Positions 8,967-19,544 of a DNA stretch of 32,000 nucleotides are shown piece by piece. The stretch is from Candidatus Saccharimonadota bacterium (GTDB lineage Bacteria > Pseudomonadota > Gammaproteobacteria > Enterobacterales > Enterobacteriaceae). Made by a program: the position numbers and the translations under genes. The notes below the pieces were generated by a model. It worked only from the letters and a program-made list of their open reading frames with translations. It was not told the origin of the DNA and did no database searches. The stretch is taken from assembly GCF_012571795.1 (NCBI RefSeq), contig NZ_CP046222.1, forward strand, positions 270,819 to 302,818, read 5' to 3'. Within the stretch, counting starts at the first letter, position 1, and every line of letters begins with the position of its first letter.

Positions 8967-9368
8967 TTAAACTCTTCTTTTTTTAGGAGGTCTACAACCA
9001 TTATGTGGTATAGGTGTAACATCAGTAATATTAGTAATATTGAATCCTGAATTATTTAATGCTCTTATAGTAGATTCTCTACCTGGTCCAGGACCTTTAA
9101 CCATAACTTCTAAATTTTTAATACCATAATTTTTTATATTTTCTGCACATTTTTCTGCTGCAATTTGTGCTGCAAAAGGTGTTGATTTTCTTGAACCTCT
9201 GAAACCAGAACCTCCAGCTGTAGCACAACCTAAAACATTACCTTGACGATCTGTAATAGTTACAATAGTATTATTGAATGATGCATGAATATGTGCGATA
9301 CCATCTATAATATTTTTTCTGGTATTTTTTTTAGATTTAGCTAATTTTGTTGATTTTATTTTAATCAT
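8967..9368 (-). CDS. rpsK: 30S ribosomal protein S11
   Basis: 133 aa. [22 protein letters not shown]...[20 protein letters not shown]. Confidence 0.97.
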   Translation of the reverse strand: MIKIKSTKLAKSKKNTRKNIIDGIAHIHASFNNTIVTITDRQGNVLGCATAGGSGFRGSRKSTPFAAQIAAEKCAENIKNYGIKNLEVMVKGPGPGRESTIRALNNSGFNITNITDVTPIPHNGCRPPKKRRV

Positions 9369-9391
9369 AATATTTTACCTATAAAAATAAA

Positions 9392-9748
9392 TTATCTTTT
9401 AAAAGATTTGTTATATTTTTTACTAGTATGTGCATTAGTTTTAGTTCGTTGTCCTCTAACAGGTAATCCTTTACGATGTCTTAAACCACGATAACATCCT
9501 AAATCTATTAATCTTTTAATATTTAAATTAATTTTTCTCCTTAGATCTCCTTCTACTGTAAATTTTGCAATTTCATTTCTTAATAAATCAATTTGTTTAG
9601 TACTTAATTGGTTAATTTTAGTATTAGGTGCAATATTAATAGTTTTACAAATTTTTATAGAATTAGATGCACCTATACCATAAATATATTTAATAGCAAT
9701 AACAGTACGTTTATTATCTGGTATATTGGTGCCTGCGATACGAATCAT
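9392..9748 (-). CDS. rpsM: 30S ribosomal protein S13
   Basis: 118 aa. [26 protein letters not shown]...[13 protein letters not shown]. Confidence 0.97.
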   Translation of the reverse strand: MIRIAGTNIPDNKRTVIAIKYIYGIGASNSIKICKTINIAPNTKINQLSTKQIDLLRNEIAKFTVEGDLRRKINLNIKRLIDLGCYRGLRHRKGLPVRGQRTKTNAHTSKKYNKSFKR

Positions 9749-9788
9749 ATTTTTTTTTAAACTCCTATATATTTATTATAATAGATTT

Positions 9789-9905
9789 TTACCCTTGTCT
9801 TTGTTTATGTTTAGGATCAGTTGTACAAAATACATGAATAACTCTATTTCTCCGAATAATTTTACAATTACGACATATTTTTTTTACAGAAGCACGAACT
9901 TTCAT
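9789..9905 (-). CDS. rpmJ: 50S ribosomal protein L36 (38 aa)
   Basis: Not in the ORF track. Hand translation of the minus strand from ATG 9903-9905 to TAA 9789-9791 gives [38 protein letters not shown], with the C-x2-C-x12-C-x5-H zinc motif, in the expected slot between secY and rpsM. Confidence 0.93.
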   Translation of the reverse strand: MKVRASVKKICRNCKIIRRNRVIHVFCTTDPKHKQRQG

Positions 9906-9930
9906 TACATATTCCTTATATTTTAAATAA

Positions 9931-11262
9931 TTATTTTGTTTTAAAATTAATTTTTTTCATTATAGATTCATATTGTGAAGACATGATAATTGTTTGTACT
10001 TGTGTAATAAACTCCATAATAACTACTACAACAATAAGTAATGATGTACCTCCTAAATAAAAAGAAATATTTGTTAAACTATGTATAACAGTAGGTATAA
10101 GACATATAAAACTAATATATAAACTTCCTGCAAAGTTTAATCTAATAAGAATTTTAGTAATATATTTTGCAGTTTGCATACCAGGACGTATTCCTGGAAT
10201 ATAAGCTCCTGTTTTTTTTAAATTATTAGCAGTTTCTTTTGGATTAAAAATAATAATAGTATAGAAAAAACAAAAAAAAGCAATAGATGATATATATAAC
10301 ATAATATATAATGGTCTACTTGGTTGTAAAGATATAGCTATATTATAAAATATATATGATTTAAAGACATAACTACACCAAAATAATATAGTAGAAGTAA
10401 ACAAGATAATACTGGCTGCAAAAATAGTTGGTATAACTCCAGACATATTAAGTTTTAAAGGTAAATGTGTATTATTTTTTATATTATAAATATATTTATT
10501 ATAATTTTGTTTGGCATAATGTACAAGAATTTTTCTTTGTCCACTTTCTATAAATACAATTACAAATACCATAAATAATATTACTAAACACATTAAAAAC
10601 ATTAATAATAAATTTAAAAAATTATATTGTAATTTTTCTAAAGTTTGTTGAATTTGTGATGGTAAACTAGACAAAATACCTATAACTATCATAATAGATA
10701 CTCCATTACCAATACCTCTATTGGTAATTTGATTGCCTAACCACATTAAAAACATAGTACCAGTAATTAATGTTAACATAGATACAATAACAAAAATTAT
10801 ACCTGATTGTAATACTACATTTTCCATACCAGGAATATGAGGTAGCCCAGTAGTTATACCTAATGATTGAATAATAGATAATGTTAATGCAGTATATTTA
10901 ATATATTTATTAATTTTTTTTTGGCCAGATTCACCTTCTCTTTTTAAAGCTATAAGTTTAGGATGTATAGATGTTAATAATTGAAAAATAATAGAAGATG
11001 AAATATATGGCATAACACCTAAAACAAATACTGATGATCTACTTAAAGATCCTCCAGAAAATATATTAAATAAATTTAATATAGTATTATTTTGTTTATA
11101 AAATATATTATGTAATATATTAACATTAATGCCAGGTATAGGAATAAATGAACCTATACGAAAAATGATTACTGCAAATATAAAAAATATAAATCTTTTT
11201 TTTAATTCATATAAACCTTTTTGAGTACTTTGTAAATTTATTTGTTTAAATGATGTGGTCAT
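9931..11262 (-). CDS. secY: Protein translocase subunit SecY
   Basis: 443 aa polytopic membrane protein. [12 protein letters not shown] and GNGVSIMI motifs, in the conserved position in the spc operon. Confidence 0.97.
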   Translation of the reverse strand: MTTSFKQINLQSTQKGLYELKKRFIFFIFAVIIFRIGSFIPIPGINVNILHNIFYKQNNTILNLFNIFSGGSLSRSSVFVLGVMPYISSSIIFQLLTSIHPKLIALKREGESGQKKINKYIKYTALTLSIIQSLGITTGLPHIPGMENVVLQSGIIFVIVSMLTLITGTMFLMWLGNQITNRGIGNGVSIMIVIGILSSLPSQIQQTLEKLQYNFLNLLLMFLMCLVILFMVFVIVFIESGQRKILVHYAKQNYNKYIYNIKNNTHLPLKLNMSGVIPTIFAASIILFTSTILFWCSYVFKSYIFYNIAISLQPSRPLYIMLYISSIAFFCFFYTIIIFNPKETANNLKKTGAYIPGIRPGMQTAKYITKILIRLNFAGSLYISFICLIPTVIHSLTNISFYLGGTSLLIVVVVIMEFITQVQTIIMSSQYESIMKKINFKTK

Positions 11263-11270
11263 GTATTTGT

Positions 11271-11705
11271 TTATTCCTTAATGTTACCACCTAACTGTAT
11301 TAATATTTTTTTCACACTACTTGTACATTTTAATTTAATAATATTTTTAAATTTATTAATATTGCCAGTATTAATAATTTTTACATATTTAATTTTTCTA
11401 TTAATAATTTTAAAAGATCTAAGTATTGATAAATTAATATCATTACCATCTATTTTAGATAATTCATTTAATCTTATTTCTTGAAATTTTTTTTGTTTTC
11501 TAGATATAAAACCAAATTTTGGAAGTCTTCTATTTAAAGGTGTTTGACCACCTTCGAAAGATCTATTAATTTTACATCCAGAACGTGATTTTTGTCCTTT
11601 ATGACCCTTCCCACAAGTTTTTCCTAAACCTGATCCTATACCACGACCCACTCGTTTTTTATTACGTTTATTTCCACGTTCTGTATAAAAAGTATTTAAA
11701 TACAT
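11271..11705 (-). CDS. rplO: 50S ribosomal protein L15
   Basis: The ORF-track start at 11714 is a GTG codon. The ATG at 11703-11705 gives 144 aa (MYLNT...), matching the E. coli L15 length. Contains RVGRGIGSGLGKTCGKGHKGQKSRSG. Confidence 0.93.
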   Translation of the reverse strand: MYLNTFYTERGNKRNKKRVGRGIGSGLGKTCGKGHKGQKSRSGCKINRSFEGGQTPLNRRLPKFGFISRKQKKFQEIRLNELSKIDGNDINLSILRSFKIINRKIKYVKIINTGNINKFKNIIKLKCTSSVKKILIQLGGNIKE

Positions 11706-11706
11706 A

Positions 11707-11886
11707 TTATTCACTCACTTTTACCATATAAGAAATTTTACGTATCATACCTAAAATAGTAGGTGTTTTTTTTTTAATTACTGTATGTCTTATGTGTTTT
11801 AAACCTAGACTTATTAAAATACGTTGGTGTTTAGGTATTCTACCTATAGCACTTTTAGTTTGTGTAATATAAATATTTTTTAACAT
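11707..11886 (-). CDS. rpmD: 50S ribosomal protein L30 (59 aa)
   Basis: Not in the ORF track. Hand translation from ATG 11884-11886 to TAA 11707-11709 gives [59 protein letters not shown], colinear with E. coli L30. Sits between rpsE and rplO as expected. Confidence 0.92.
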   Translation of the reverse strand: MLKNIYITQTKSAIGRIPKHQRILISLGLKHIRHTVIKKKTPTILGMIRKISYMVKVSE

Positions 11887-12401
11887 TGTTTAATATGCCT
11901 TTGTATTTCTTGAATAGTTTTATTTCTTTTAGCTGCAATAATATTAATATTTTTTATATTAGATAAAATTTTTATTGTTGCTTTAACAACATTTATAGGA
12001 TTTGTAGATCCATAAGTTTTAGCTAAAATATTATAAATACCAGCTACTTCTAATACTGATCGCATAGCACCACCAGCAATAATCCCTGTTCCTTCATATG
12101 CCGGTTTCATAAATATATAAGAACCTGTATGATATCCTTGTATAGGATATTGTATAGTATTATTAATTAAAAAAATATTTATCATATTTTTTTTAGCACG
12201 TTCCATTGCTTTTTGTATTGCATTAGGCACTTCTTTTGCTTTACCATAGCCATAACCTACACGACCTTTACCATTACCTACTACTGTTAGTGCTGTAAAT
12301 GAAAAAACTCGACCACCCTTAACAGTTTTAGACACTCTATTCACAGTAATTAATTTTTCTTTTAGTTCATAATGATTATTTTTTTTATCATAATTTATCA
12401 T
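11880..12401 (-). CDS. rpsE: 30S ribosomal protein S5
   Basis: 173 aa. [43 protein letters not shown]. Confidence 0.97.
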   Translation of the reverse strand: MINYDKKNNHYELKEKLITVNRVSKTVKGGRVFSFTALTVVGNGKGRVGYGYGKAKEVPNAIQKAMERAKKNMINIFLINNTIQYPIQGYHTGSYIFMKPAYEGTGIIAGGAMRSVLEVAGIYNILAKTYGSTNPINVVKATIKILSNIKNINIIAAKRNKTIQEIQRHIKQC

Positions 12402-12424
12402 TATAATTCCTTAATATTATAATA

Positions 12425-12778
12425 TTAAAAGTTCAACCCATTATTACGTGCTGCTATTGCTAATGATTTAATGCGTCCATGAAATTTATAACCTGAACGA
12501 TCAAATGTTAATTTAGTAATACCTTTTTTAATAGCTTTAATAGCTATTAATTGTCCTATTAAAGTAGCTGATTTTATATTGCCAGTATATAATAATGTTT
12601 TTTTATGACATTTTTCTAAAGTAGAAGCAGTAACTAATACTTTATTATTTGCAGAAATTATTTGTGCATATATATGTCGTGCAGTACGATGTACAACTAA
12701 ACGAATATTGTTATTAACTAAATTTTTACGTAATTTAGTTGCTCTTTTAATTCGAGCAATATATTTATTATTATTCAT
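12425..12778 (-). CDS. rplR: 50S ribosomal protein L18
   Basis: 117 aa. RLVVHRTARHIYAQII...FDRSGYKFHGRIKSLAIAARNNGLNF. Confidence 0.96.
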   Translation of the reverse strand: MNNNKYIARIKRATKLRKNLVNNNIRLVVHRTARHIYAQIISANNKVLVTASTLEKCHKKTLLYTGNIKSATLIGQLIAIKAIKKGITKLTFDRSGYKFHGRIKSLAIAARNNGLNF

Positions 12779-12798
12779 AATATATATTTATTTATCTC

Positions 12799-13332
12799 CT
12801 ATTTTTTTTTAGTTTCTTTAATTCGTACTATTTCATGTTCATAACGTATTCCTTTACCCTTATAAGGTTCTGGTTTTTTATAAGCTCTAATATCAGATGC
12901 AACTTGTCCTAGCAATTGTTTATCGAAACCATATAATATAATTTCATTAGTATTATAACATTTACCTGTAATACCATTAGGTAATGTATAGAATACGTGA
13001 TGTGAAAAACCTAATATTAAATCTATAATATTATTATTAATACTAACTTTATAACCAATACCAAATAATATTAATTTTTTTGTGAATCCTTGTGTGATAC
13101 CTATAATCATAGAATTAATTATAGAACAAGAAGTACCTGCATGTGCCCAAGAATTACGTTTATTATCTTTAGGAAGACATATAATTTTATTTTTTTCTAT
13201 AAGAATATTTACTGATTTATGAATTTTTTTTTTTAATACACCTTTTATACCTTGTATGTTAATGGTATTATTATTCATCATAACTTGTATATCATTAGGA
13301 ATGATTATTGGTTTTTTAGCTATTCTAGACAT
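12799..13332 (-). CDS. rplF: 50S ribosomal protein L6
   Basis: 177 aa. MSRIAKKPIIIP...KKPEPYKGKGIRYEHE. Confidence 0.96.
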   Translation of the reverse strand: MSRIAKKPIIIPNDIQVMMNNNTINIQGIKGVLKKKIHKSVNILIEKNKIICLPKDNKRNSWAHAGTSCSIINSMIIGITQGFTKKLILFGIGYKVSINNNIIDLILGFSHHVFYTLPNGITGKCYNTNEIILYGFDKQLLGQVASDIRAYKKPEPYKGKGIRYEHEIVRIKETKKK

Positions 13333-13352
13333 TTATATACCTTTTACTTATA

Positions 13353-13745
13353 TTAAGAAATATAAAAAATAATTTCACCACCAATGCCATACTTACGAGC
13401 TGTATAATCTGTCATAATACCTTGAGATGTAGAAATGATAGCAACACCTAATCCAGCCATAACTTTAGGTAATGTATGTTTTTTTTTATATATTCTTAAT
13501 CCTGGTTTACTAATATAATTTATTTGTTCAATAACTCCATAACCTTTAAAATATTTTAAATTAATTTTTAATTGCATATAATTGTTTTGTATTACACAAA
13601 AATCTTTTATATATCCTTCTTGTTTTAAAACTTCAACAATAGATTTTTTAAATTTTGAATATTGTATAATAATTTCAGGTTTTTTAGATAACTGACCATT
13701 ACGAATACGTGTTAACATATCAGCAATAGGATCTTGTATACTCAT
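13353..13745 (-). CDS. rpsH: 30S ribosomal protein S8
   Basis: 130 aa. MSIQDPIADMLTRIRNGQ...GLGVAIISTSQGIMTD...GGEIIFYIS. Confidence 0.97.
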   Translation of the reverse strand: MSIQDPIADMLTRIRNGQLSKKPEIIIQYSKFKKSIVEVLKQEGYIKDFCVIQNNYMQLKINLKYFKGYGVIEQINYISKPGLRIYKKKHTLPKVMAGLGVAIISTSQGIMTDYTARKYGIGGEIIFYIS

Positions 13746-13782
13746 ATTAAAATATCCTATAATATATTATTTGTTTATATGT

Positions 13783-14088
13783 TTACCAACTTGCTTTACG
13801 TAAGCCTGGTATATCACCTTTCATAGCCGCTTCTCTTAATTTTATTCTACTTAATCCAAATTTTCTTAAATAAGCATGTGGTCTACCAGTTAGTTTGCAT
13901 CTATTTCTTTGTCTAGAAAAACTAGAATCTCTTGGTAATGATTGTAATTTAAAAACCGCATCCCAACGCATTTTATCTGTAACTTTGATATTAGAAATAA
14001 TTTGTTTTAATTTTTTTCTACGTAAAAAAAATTTTTTACATAATTTTATACGTTTATTTTCACGTGCTTTAATAGATTCTTTTGCCAT
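13783..14088 (-). CDS. rpsN: 30S ribosomal protein S14
   Basis: 101 aa. [13 protein letters not shown]...[19 protein letters not shown]...[11 protein letters not shown]. Confidence 0.97.
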   Translation of the reverse strand: MAKESIKARENKRIKLCKKFFLRRKKLKQIISNIKVTDKMRWDAVFKLQSLPRDSSFSRQRNRCKLTGRPHAYLRKFGLSRIKLREAAMKGDIPGLRKASW

Positions 14089-14100
14089 ATATCATAACCT

Positions 14101-14640
14101 TTATGTTTTAAATGGAAAATTAAATGCAGATAATAAAGCATATCCTTCTTTATTAGACATAGCATTTGTATAAATATTTATATCTAAACCACGAATTTGA
14201 TCAATTTTATCAAAATCAATTTCAGGAAAAATAATTTGTTCTTTTATACCTATATTATAATTACCATAACCATCAAATGATTTAGGTGAAAAACCTCTAA
14301 AATCTCTAATTCTTGGAATAGCTATCCATAATAAACGTTCAAAAAAATTCCACATTCTCATTTTACGTAATGTTACTTTACATCCAATAAAATCACCTTG
14401 TCTAATTTTAAAACCTGAAATAGATTTTCTAGATTTAGTTTTGAATGGTTTCTGACCACTAATAAGCATTAAATCATTAATAGCAGCATCTAATAATTTC
14501 TTATTATTAGTAACTTTACCTACTCCCATATTTAAGGTAATTTTTTTTATACAAGGAACTTGCATAATAGAATGATATTTAAATTGTAACATTAATTGTT
14601 GAATTATTTTTTTTTTATATTCATGATATATTTTTGACAT
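14101..14640 (-). CDS. rplE: 50S ribosomal protein L5
   Basis: 179 aa. KITLNMGVG...[41 protein letters not shown]. Confidence 0.97.
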   Translation of the reverse strand: MSKIYHEYKKKIIQQLMLQFKYHSIMQVPCIKKITLNMGVGKVTNNKKLLDAAINDLMLISGQKPFKTKSRKSISGFKIRQGDFIGCKVTLRKMRMWNFFERLLWIAIPRIRDFRGFSPKSFDGYGNYNIGIKEQIIFPEIDFDKIDQIRGLDINIYTNAMSNKEGYALLSAFNFPFKT

Positions 14641-14658
14641 AAAATAGTATTTCCTATT

Positions 14659-14970
14659 TTAAATAATTTCATTATTAGATTTTAGATAACGTACTTTTTT
14701 ACCTTGAGATATTTTAAAACCAATACGATCTGGTTTCCCAGTTTTAATATTTAAAATAGCAATATTAGAAATATGTATGTATGCTTCTTTTATAATAATA
14801 CCACCTGCAGATGAATTTTTAGGATTAGGTTTATTATGTTTTTTAACAAGATTTATTCCTTTTACAATAACGTATTGTTTTTTTTTAAAGGATATAATAC
14901 ATCCTTTTTTACCTTTATCTTTTCCTGTTAAGATAATAACCATATCATTAACATGTAATTTACTAGCCAT
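14659..14970 (-). CDS. rplX: 50S ribosomal protein L24
   Basis: 103 aa. [13 protein letters not shown]...[14 protein letters not shown]. In the expected position between rplN and rplE. Confidence 0.96.
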   Translation of the reverse strand: MASKLHVNDMVIILTGKDKGKKGCIISFKKKQYVIVKGINLVKKHNKPNPKNSSAGGIIIKEAYIHISNIAILNIKTGKPDRIGFKISQGKKVRYLKSNNEII

Positions 14971-14990
14971 TAATTTATTTCTCTTATATG

Positions 14991-15362
14991 TTAAATAACT
15001 TCTGGAGCTAAAGAAATTATTTTCATAAATTTGTCATTTCTTAACTCTCTAGTTATAGGACCAAATACTCTAGTACCAATTAATTGTTCATTAGTATCAT
15101 TTAATAAGACACAAGCATTATGATCAAAACGAATCAGTGAACCATCAAAACGTCTAATACCTTTTTTTGTTCTGACTATAACGGCTTTTAGTACATCTCC
15201 TTTCTTTACTTTACCTCTTGGTATTGCTTCTTTAATAGTAATTTTGATTATATCACCAATGTTAGCATAACGACGTTTAGAACCACCTAAAACTTTTATA
15301 CACATTACACTACGAGCACCTGAATTATCAGCTACATTTAATATAGTATGTTCTTGTATCAT
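14991..15362 (-). CDS. rplN: 50S ribosomal protein L14
   Basis: 123 aa. [33 protein letters not shown] is nearly identical to E. coli L14. Confidence 0.97.
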   Translation of the reverse strand: MIQEHTILNVADNSGARSVMCIKVLGGSKRRYANIGDIIKITIKEAIPRGKVKKGDVLKAVIVRTKKGIRRFDGSLIRFDHNACVLLNDTNEQLIGTRVFGPITRELRNDKFMKIISLAPEVI

Positions 15363-15420
15363 AATATATATCTCTATAATTAAATAATATGTATGAAAAC
15401 ATATTATAATAATTTAGTTT

Positions 15421-15448
15421 TAATAAAAATTGTTGTAAAAAATACAAC
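15421..15448 (-). terminator. Weak candidate terminator between rpsQ and rplN (S10/spc operon boundary)
   Basis: gttgta (15432-15437) and tacaac (15443-15448) form a 6-bp stem with a 5-nt loop, 28 nt past the rpsQ stop. On the minus strand it is followed by AATTTTTATTA. The stem is short and A/U-rich. Confidence 0.3.
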
Positions 15449-15475
15449 TTTTTAAAATAAAAAATATTGTATATT

Positions 15476-15730
15476 TTATATTATTGATTGGTTTATAATA
15501 TTAACTAAAGTCCAAGCTTTAGTTTTAGAATAAGGTTTACATTCTTTAATTTCTACAATATCTCCTATATGACAAATATTATTTGCATCATGAACATGTA
15601 ATTTTGTTGTACGATTTATAAATTTACCATAAATAGGATGTTTAATTAATCTATTAATTTTTACTACAATAGTTTTATTCATTTTATTACTAATAACTGT
15701 ACCTTTTAAGGTTCTTACATTAGTATTCAT
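15476..15730 (-). CDS. rpsQ: 30S ribosomal protein S17
   Basis: ORF-track frame trimmed to the ATG at 15728-15730 (84 aa, [23 protein letters not shown]...), matching the E. coli S17 length. The longer ORF would overlap the rpmC 3' end by 50 nt. Confidence 0.94.
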   Translation of the reverse strand: MNTNVRTLKGTVISNKMNKTIVVKINRLIKHPIYGKFINRTTKLHVHDANNICHIGDIVEIKECKPYSKTKAWTLVNIINQSII

Positions 15731-15734
15731 TAAA

Positions 15735-15932
15735 TTAACCTTGCAAAATATTTTTTTGTGATAAAATTGTTTTAATACGTGCAATATTTTTTCTAGCTGT
15801 TTTTAATAAATGTGTTTGTTTTAATTGTCCAGCATTTAATTGTATTTTTAAATTAAATAGTTCTCTAGAAATACTTAGTAATTCTTGTTTAATTTCTTTT
15901 GATGTTTTATTTTTAAAATTTTTTACATTCAT
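15735..15932 (-). CDS. rpmC: 50S ribosomal protein L29
   Basis: 65 aa. [32 protein letters not shown]. Sits between rplP and rpsQ. Confidence 0.94.
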   Translation of the reverse strand: MNVKNFKNKTSKEIKQELLSISRELFNLKIQLNAGQLKQTHLLKTARKNIARIKTILSQKNILQG

Positions 15933-15946
15933 ATATTTATAATTAT

Positions 15947-16351
15947 TTAAGATTTATTTAAAAAAATAGTTTTTACTGGTAATTTAGAAGCACCTAAACG
16001 TAAGGCATCTCTTGCTATATTTTCTGATACTCCATCAATTTCGTATAATATTCTTCCTGGTTGTATTAACGATACCCAATATTCTACATTTCCCTTTCCC
16101 TTTCCCATACGTACTTCTAAGGGTTTTTTTGTAATAGGTTTATCTGGGAAAATTCTAATCCAAATTTTTCCTTGTCTTTTTATAGATCTACTAATAGCTC
16201 TTCTAGCAGACTCAATTTGTTTTGATGTAATACGACCTCTACTAATAGCTTTTAATCCATAAGTTCCAAAAGCAAGTTCCATTCCTATAATAATGCCTCT
16301 ATTCCTACCTTTCTGCATTTTACGAAATTTTGTACGTTTTGGTTGTAACAT
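15947..16351 (-). CDS. rplP: 50S ribosomal protein L16
   Basis: 134 aa. [19 protein letters not shown]...[13 protein letters not shown]. Confidence 0.97.
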   Translation of the reverse strand: MLQPKRTKFRKMQKGRNRGIIIGMELAFGTYGLKAISRGRITSKQIESARRAISRSIKRQGKIWIRIFPDKPITKKPLEVRMGKGKGNVEYWVSLIQPGRILYEIDGVSENIARDALRLGASKLPVKTIFLNKS

Positions 16352-16367
16352 AATATAAAAACCTCAA

Positions 16368-17069
16368 TTATTTACGTCCTGAACGATATTTTTTATATGT
16401 TTTAAAATCAGATTTTATATTTTTTTTATCGTCAAGAGATTTTTGTAAAATTTCTCCTTTAAAAATCCATACTTTAACACCAATAATGCCAAATGTTGTA
16501 TTAGCTTCTGTACAACTATAATCTATATTAGCTCTTAAAGTATGTAATGGTACTCTACCCTCTCTATGCCATTCTGTACGAGCTATTTCTACACCACCCA
16601 AACGACCACTAACTTCTACTTTAACTCCTTTAGCACCTAATCGCATAGCATTTTGTACTGCTCGTTTCATAGCTCTTCTAAACATAATGCGTTTTTCTAA
16701 TTGTACTGCTATAATTTCTGCTACTAATTTAGCTTCTAATTCAGGCTTTCTAATTTCTGTAATATTAATTTGTGCTGGTACTTGAGTTATTTGAGCTATT
16801 TTTATTCTTAATTTTTCAACATCTTCTCCTTTTTTTCCTATAACTATTCCAGGACGTGCTGTATGAATAGTTACTTTAATACTTTTTGAAGGACGTTCAA
16901 TAATAATATTAGAAATAGAAGCTTTTATTAATTTTTTATATAAATATTGTCTAACTTGATAATCACTATACAAATAGTGTGCAAAATTTTTTTTATTTGC
17001 AAACCAAGTTGAATTCCATGTTTTTATAATACCTAAACGTAAACCATTAGGATGTGTTTTTTGACCCAT
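16368..17069 (-). CDS. rpsC: 30S ribosomal protein S3
   Basis: 233 aa. [14 protein letters not shown]...[18 protein letters not shown]...[30 protein letters not shown]. Confidence 0.97.
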   Translation of the reverse strand: MGQKTHPNGLRLGIIKTWNSTWFANKKNFAHYLYSDYQVRQYLYKKLIKASISNIIIERPSKSIKVTIHTARPGIVIGKKGEDVEKLRIKIAQITQVPAQINITEIRKPELEAKLVAEIIAVQLEKRIMFRRAMKRAVQNAMRLGAKGVKVEVSGRLGGVEIARTEWHREGRVPLHTLRANIDYSCTEANTTFGIIGVKVWIFKGEILQKSLDDKKNIKSDFKTYKKYRSGRK

Positions 17070-17081
17070 TAATCTATTTTC

Positions 17082-17417
17082 CTATTTAATATTTGATAAA
17101 ACAATAGTAATATGACTAGTATATTTTAAAATACGATCTGAACGTCCTTTTGCGCGCGGCATAATACGTTTCATATTTGTTCCTATATCTATAAAAATTT
17201 TTAATATAATTAAATTATCAATATCTAATCCATAATTATGTTCAGCATTTGCTATAGCAGAATTTAGAACTTTTTTAATTAATACAGCAGCTTTTTTATT
17301 AGAAAAATTTAATATATCTAATGCTTTTGCAATATTAGTTCCTCGAATTAAATTAGCAATTAATCGTAATTTTTGTGCAGAAGAACGTGCATATTTATGT
17401 TTTGCAATAATTTCCAT
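17082..17417 (-). CDS. rplV: 50S ribosomal protein L22
   Basis: 111 aa. [26 protein letters not shown]...[21 protein letters not shown]. Confidence 0.97.
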   Translation of the reverse strand: MEIIAKHKYARSSAQKLRLIANLIRGTNIAKALDILNFSNKKAAVLIKKVLNSAIANAEHNYGLDIDNLIILKIFIDIGTNMKRIMPRAKGRSDRILKYTSHITIVLSNIK

Positions 17418-17462
17418 TATACCTCTTTATAAATGTGTATAAGATAAAGTTATAAATATTTT

Positions 17463-17744
17463 TTAAACTTTTTTTATTTTTCTATCAGCAGTATGCCCTC
17501 TATATGTTCTAGTAGGCGCAAATTCACCTAATTTATGTCCTACCATCTCATCAGAAATAAATATTGGTAAATGATGACGTCCATTATGAACCGATATAGT
17601 TAAACCAATCATATTAGGTAATATTGTAGAACGTCTAGACCAAGTACGTAATATTTTTTTCTTACCACCCATACTAATATTATTTTCAACTTTTTTTAAT
17701 AAATGTTTATCAATGAAAGGACCTTTTTTTAAAGAACGTGGCAT
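17463..17744 (-). CDS. rpsS: 30S ribosomal protein S19
   Basis: 93 aa. [18 protein letters not shown]...[31 protein letters not shown]. Confidence 0.97.
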   Translation of the reverse strand: MPRSLKKGPFIDKHLLKKVENNISMGGKKKILRTWSRRSTILPNMIGLTISVHNGRHHLPIFISDEMVGHKLGEFAPTRTYRGHTADRKIKKV

Positions 17745-17764
17745 ATTTTACACCTTATATAATT

Positions 17765-18586
17765 TTATTTATGACGAAATTTAATAATATATTTATTAGT
17801 TTGTTTGTTTTTTCTAGTTTTTTTTCCTTTTGTTTGTATACCCCATGGTGTAACTGGATGTTTCCCAAAATTTTTACCTTCACCACCACCATGTGGATGA
17901 TCAATAGGATTCATAGCTGTTCCACGAACCGTTGGTCTAATACCTTGCCAACGTTTAGCACCAGCTTTACCATATGTTTTTAACATATGCTCATTATTCC
18001 CAACTTCTCCTATAGTAGCTCGACATTTTGCTTGAATTTTTCTTATTTCTCCTGAGCGTAATCGCAATGTCACATAAAAATTTTCTTTAGATATTAATTG
18101 TGCATATGATCCTGCAGACCTTGCCAATTGTCCCCCTTTATTAGGTTTCATTTCTATATTATGTAATACTGTGCCTACTGGAATATTTTTCATAGGTAAT
18201 GTATTACCTATTTTTATATCAATATTATTACCTGATTCTATCAGATCACCTATTTTACAATATTTAGGTGATAGTATATAACGTCTTTCACCATCTTTAT
18301 ATTTTATTAATGCTATATGTGCTGATCTATTAGGATCATACTCAATACGTTCAATAGAACCTAAGATATTATCTTTATTTCTTTTAAAATCTATAATACG
18401 ATATGATTTTTTGTGTCCACCTCCAATATGTCTAGTAGTAATATGTCCATAATTATTTCTGCCACCAGATTTATTTTTTTTTGCGATTTTTGCTTTCCAA
18501 GGTTGTCCTTTGTATAAAAAAGGATTAATAACTTTTATCATATGACGACGACCTGGAGACGTTGGTTTATATTTTTTAATAGCCAT
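17765..18586 (-). CDS. rplB: 50S ribosomal protein L2
   Basis: 273 aa. [13 protein letters not shown]...[28 protein letters not shown]. Confidence 0.98.
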   Translation of the reverse strand: MAIKKYKPTSPGRRHMIKVINPFLYKGQPWKAKIAKKNKSGGRNNYGHITTRHIGGGHKKSYRIIDFKRNKDNILGSIERIEYDPNRSAHIALIKYKDGERRYILSPKYCKIGDLIESGNNIDIKIGNTLPMKNIPVGTVLHNIEMKPNKGGQLARSAGSYAQLISKENFYVTLRLRSGEIRKIQAKCRATIGEVGNNEHMLKTYGKAGAKRWQGIRPTVRGTAMNPIDHPHGGGEGKNFGKHPVTPWGIQTKGKKTRKNKQTNKYIIKFRHK

Positions 18587-18608
18587 ATTTAATATTTATT
18601 TATCCTTA

Positions 18609-18908
18609 TTAATTTATATTAATATTAAAATCAATATTATATTTTTTTTCTAAAGTTATATAAGCTTTTTTCCAATTACTTTCATAATAATGATTATTTT
18701 TATTCTTTTTATATTTTCCTTTTATTATTAATGTATTTATATTTTTAATTTTTACATTAAAAATTTTTGTGAGAGATATGAAAATTTCTTTCTTTGTAGC
18801 AGTTTTTAAAATTTTAATTACAATAATATTGTTTTTTTCCTTCATTATAGATGATTTTTCTGACATATGAGGAAATTTTAAAATTTTAAAATAATTTTCT
18901 TTTATCAT
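18609..18908 (-). CDS. rplW: 50S ribosomal protein L23
   Basis: 99 aa. Diverged, but PHMSEKSS, NTLIIKGK and WKKAYITL are present. Sits between rplD and rplB, and its ATG overlaps the rplD stop (ATGA). Confidence 0.92.
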   Translation of the reverse strand: MIKENYFKILKFPHMSEKSSIMKEKNNIIVIKILKTATKKEIFISLTKIFNVKIKNINTLIIKGKYKKNKNNHYYESNWKKAYITLEKKYNIDFNININ

Positions 18909-19513
18909 GTTAATAATCTTTCTTCTAAATGTTTAATAGCTTGAGTAGTTATTAAAGTTTTTTCTTTATATATTAAATGTATGGGATTAATATTAATAGA
19001 ATTAAATAATGTAACATTATATAAATTACGTGAAGATAAAAATAAATTTTGATCTATCATAGTTGTTATAATTACTACTTTATTAAGTAATAATTCTTTT
19101 AATTTATTAACTAATATTTTTGTTTTAGGTTGTGATATAAAAAAGTTTGTTACTATAATTAATCTATTTGTTCTTAATAATTCTGAAAAAATACTTTTTA
19201 AAGCACAACGATACATTTTTTTATTTATTTTTTGTGTATATATTTTATTTGTTGCAGCAAAAGTTACACCACCAGAACGCCAAATAGGACTTTTAACCGA
19301 ACCTGCTCTAGCTTTCCCAGTACCTTTTTGTTTCCATGGTTTTTTACTAGAACCTTTAACGTTACTTCTTGTTTTTTGTGATTTAGTACCTTGTCTGCCT
19401 ATTGTTTGATAGTATTTAATTAATTGATGTATTAGTTCTTTATTAAAAGTTACATTAAAAATTTTATCTGAAATAATAATTTCATTATTAGTATCTTTAG
19501 TTATAATTTTCAT
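18905..19513 (-). CDS. rplD: 50S ribosomal protein L4
   Basis: The ORF-track start at 19528 is a TTG codon. The ATG at 19511-19513 is preceded by AGGA (19521-19524) and gives 202 aa, compared with about 201 in E. coli. Contains GRQGTKSQKTRSNVKGSSKKPWKQKGTGKARAGSVKSPIWRSGGVTF. Confidence 0.94.
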   Translation of the reverse strand: MKIITKDTNNEIIISDKIFNVTFNKELIHQLIKYYQTIGRQGTKSQKTRSNVKGSSKKPWKQKGTGKARAGSVKSPIWRSGGVTFAATNKIYTQKINKKMYRCALKSIFSELLRTNRLIIVTNFFISQPKTKILVNKLKELLLNKVVIITTMIDQNLFLSSRNLYNVTLFNSININPIHLIYKEKTLITTQAIKHLEERLLT

Positions 19514-19544
19514 TATATTATCCTGCAAGATGTTTTATTAAAAT

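Noticed and set aside
9726-9926. Plus-strand 66-aa ORF spanning the rpsM/secY gap.
   Set aside because: The minus strand here encodes a textbook L36 (rpmJ). The plus-strand product is F/I/Y-rich nonsense.
11281-17983. Plus-strand ORFs 11281-11484, 13895-14173, 14777-14998 and 17738-17983 inside the ribosomal cluster.
   Set aside because: All are antisense to well-supported ribosomal protein genes (rplO, rpsN/rplE, rplX, rplB) and have low-complexity hydrophobic translations typical of antisense frames in A+T-rich DNA.
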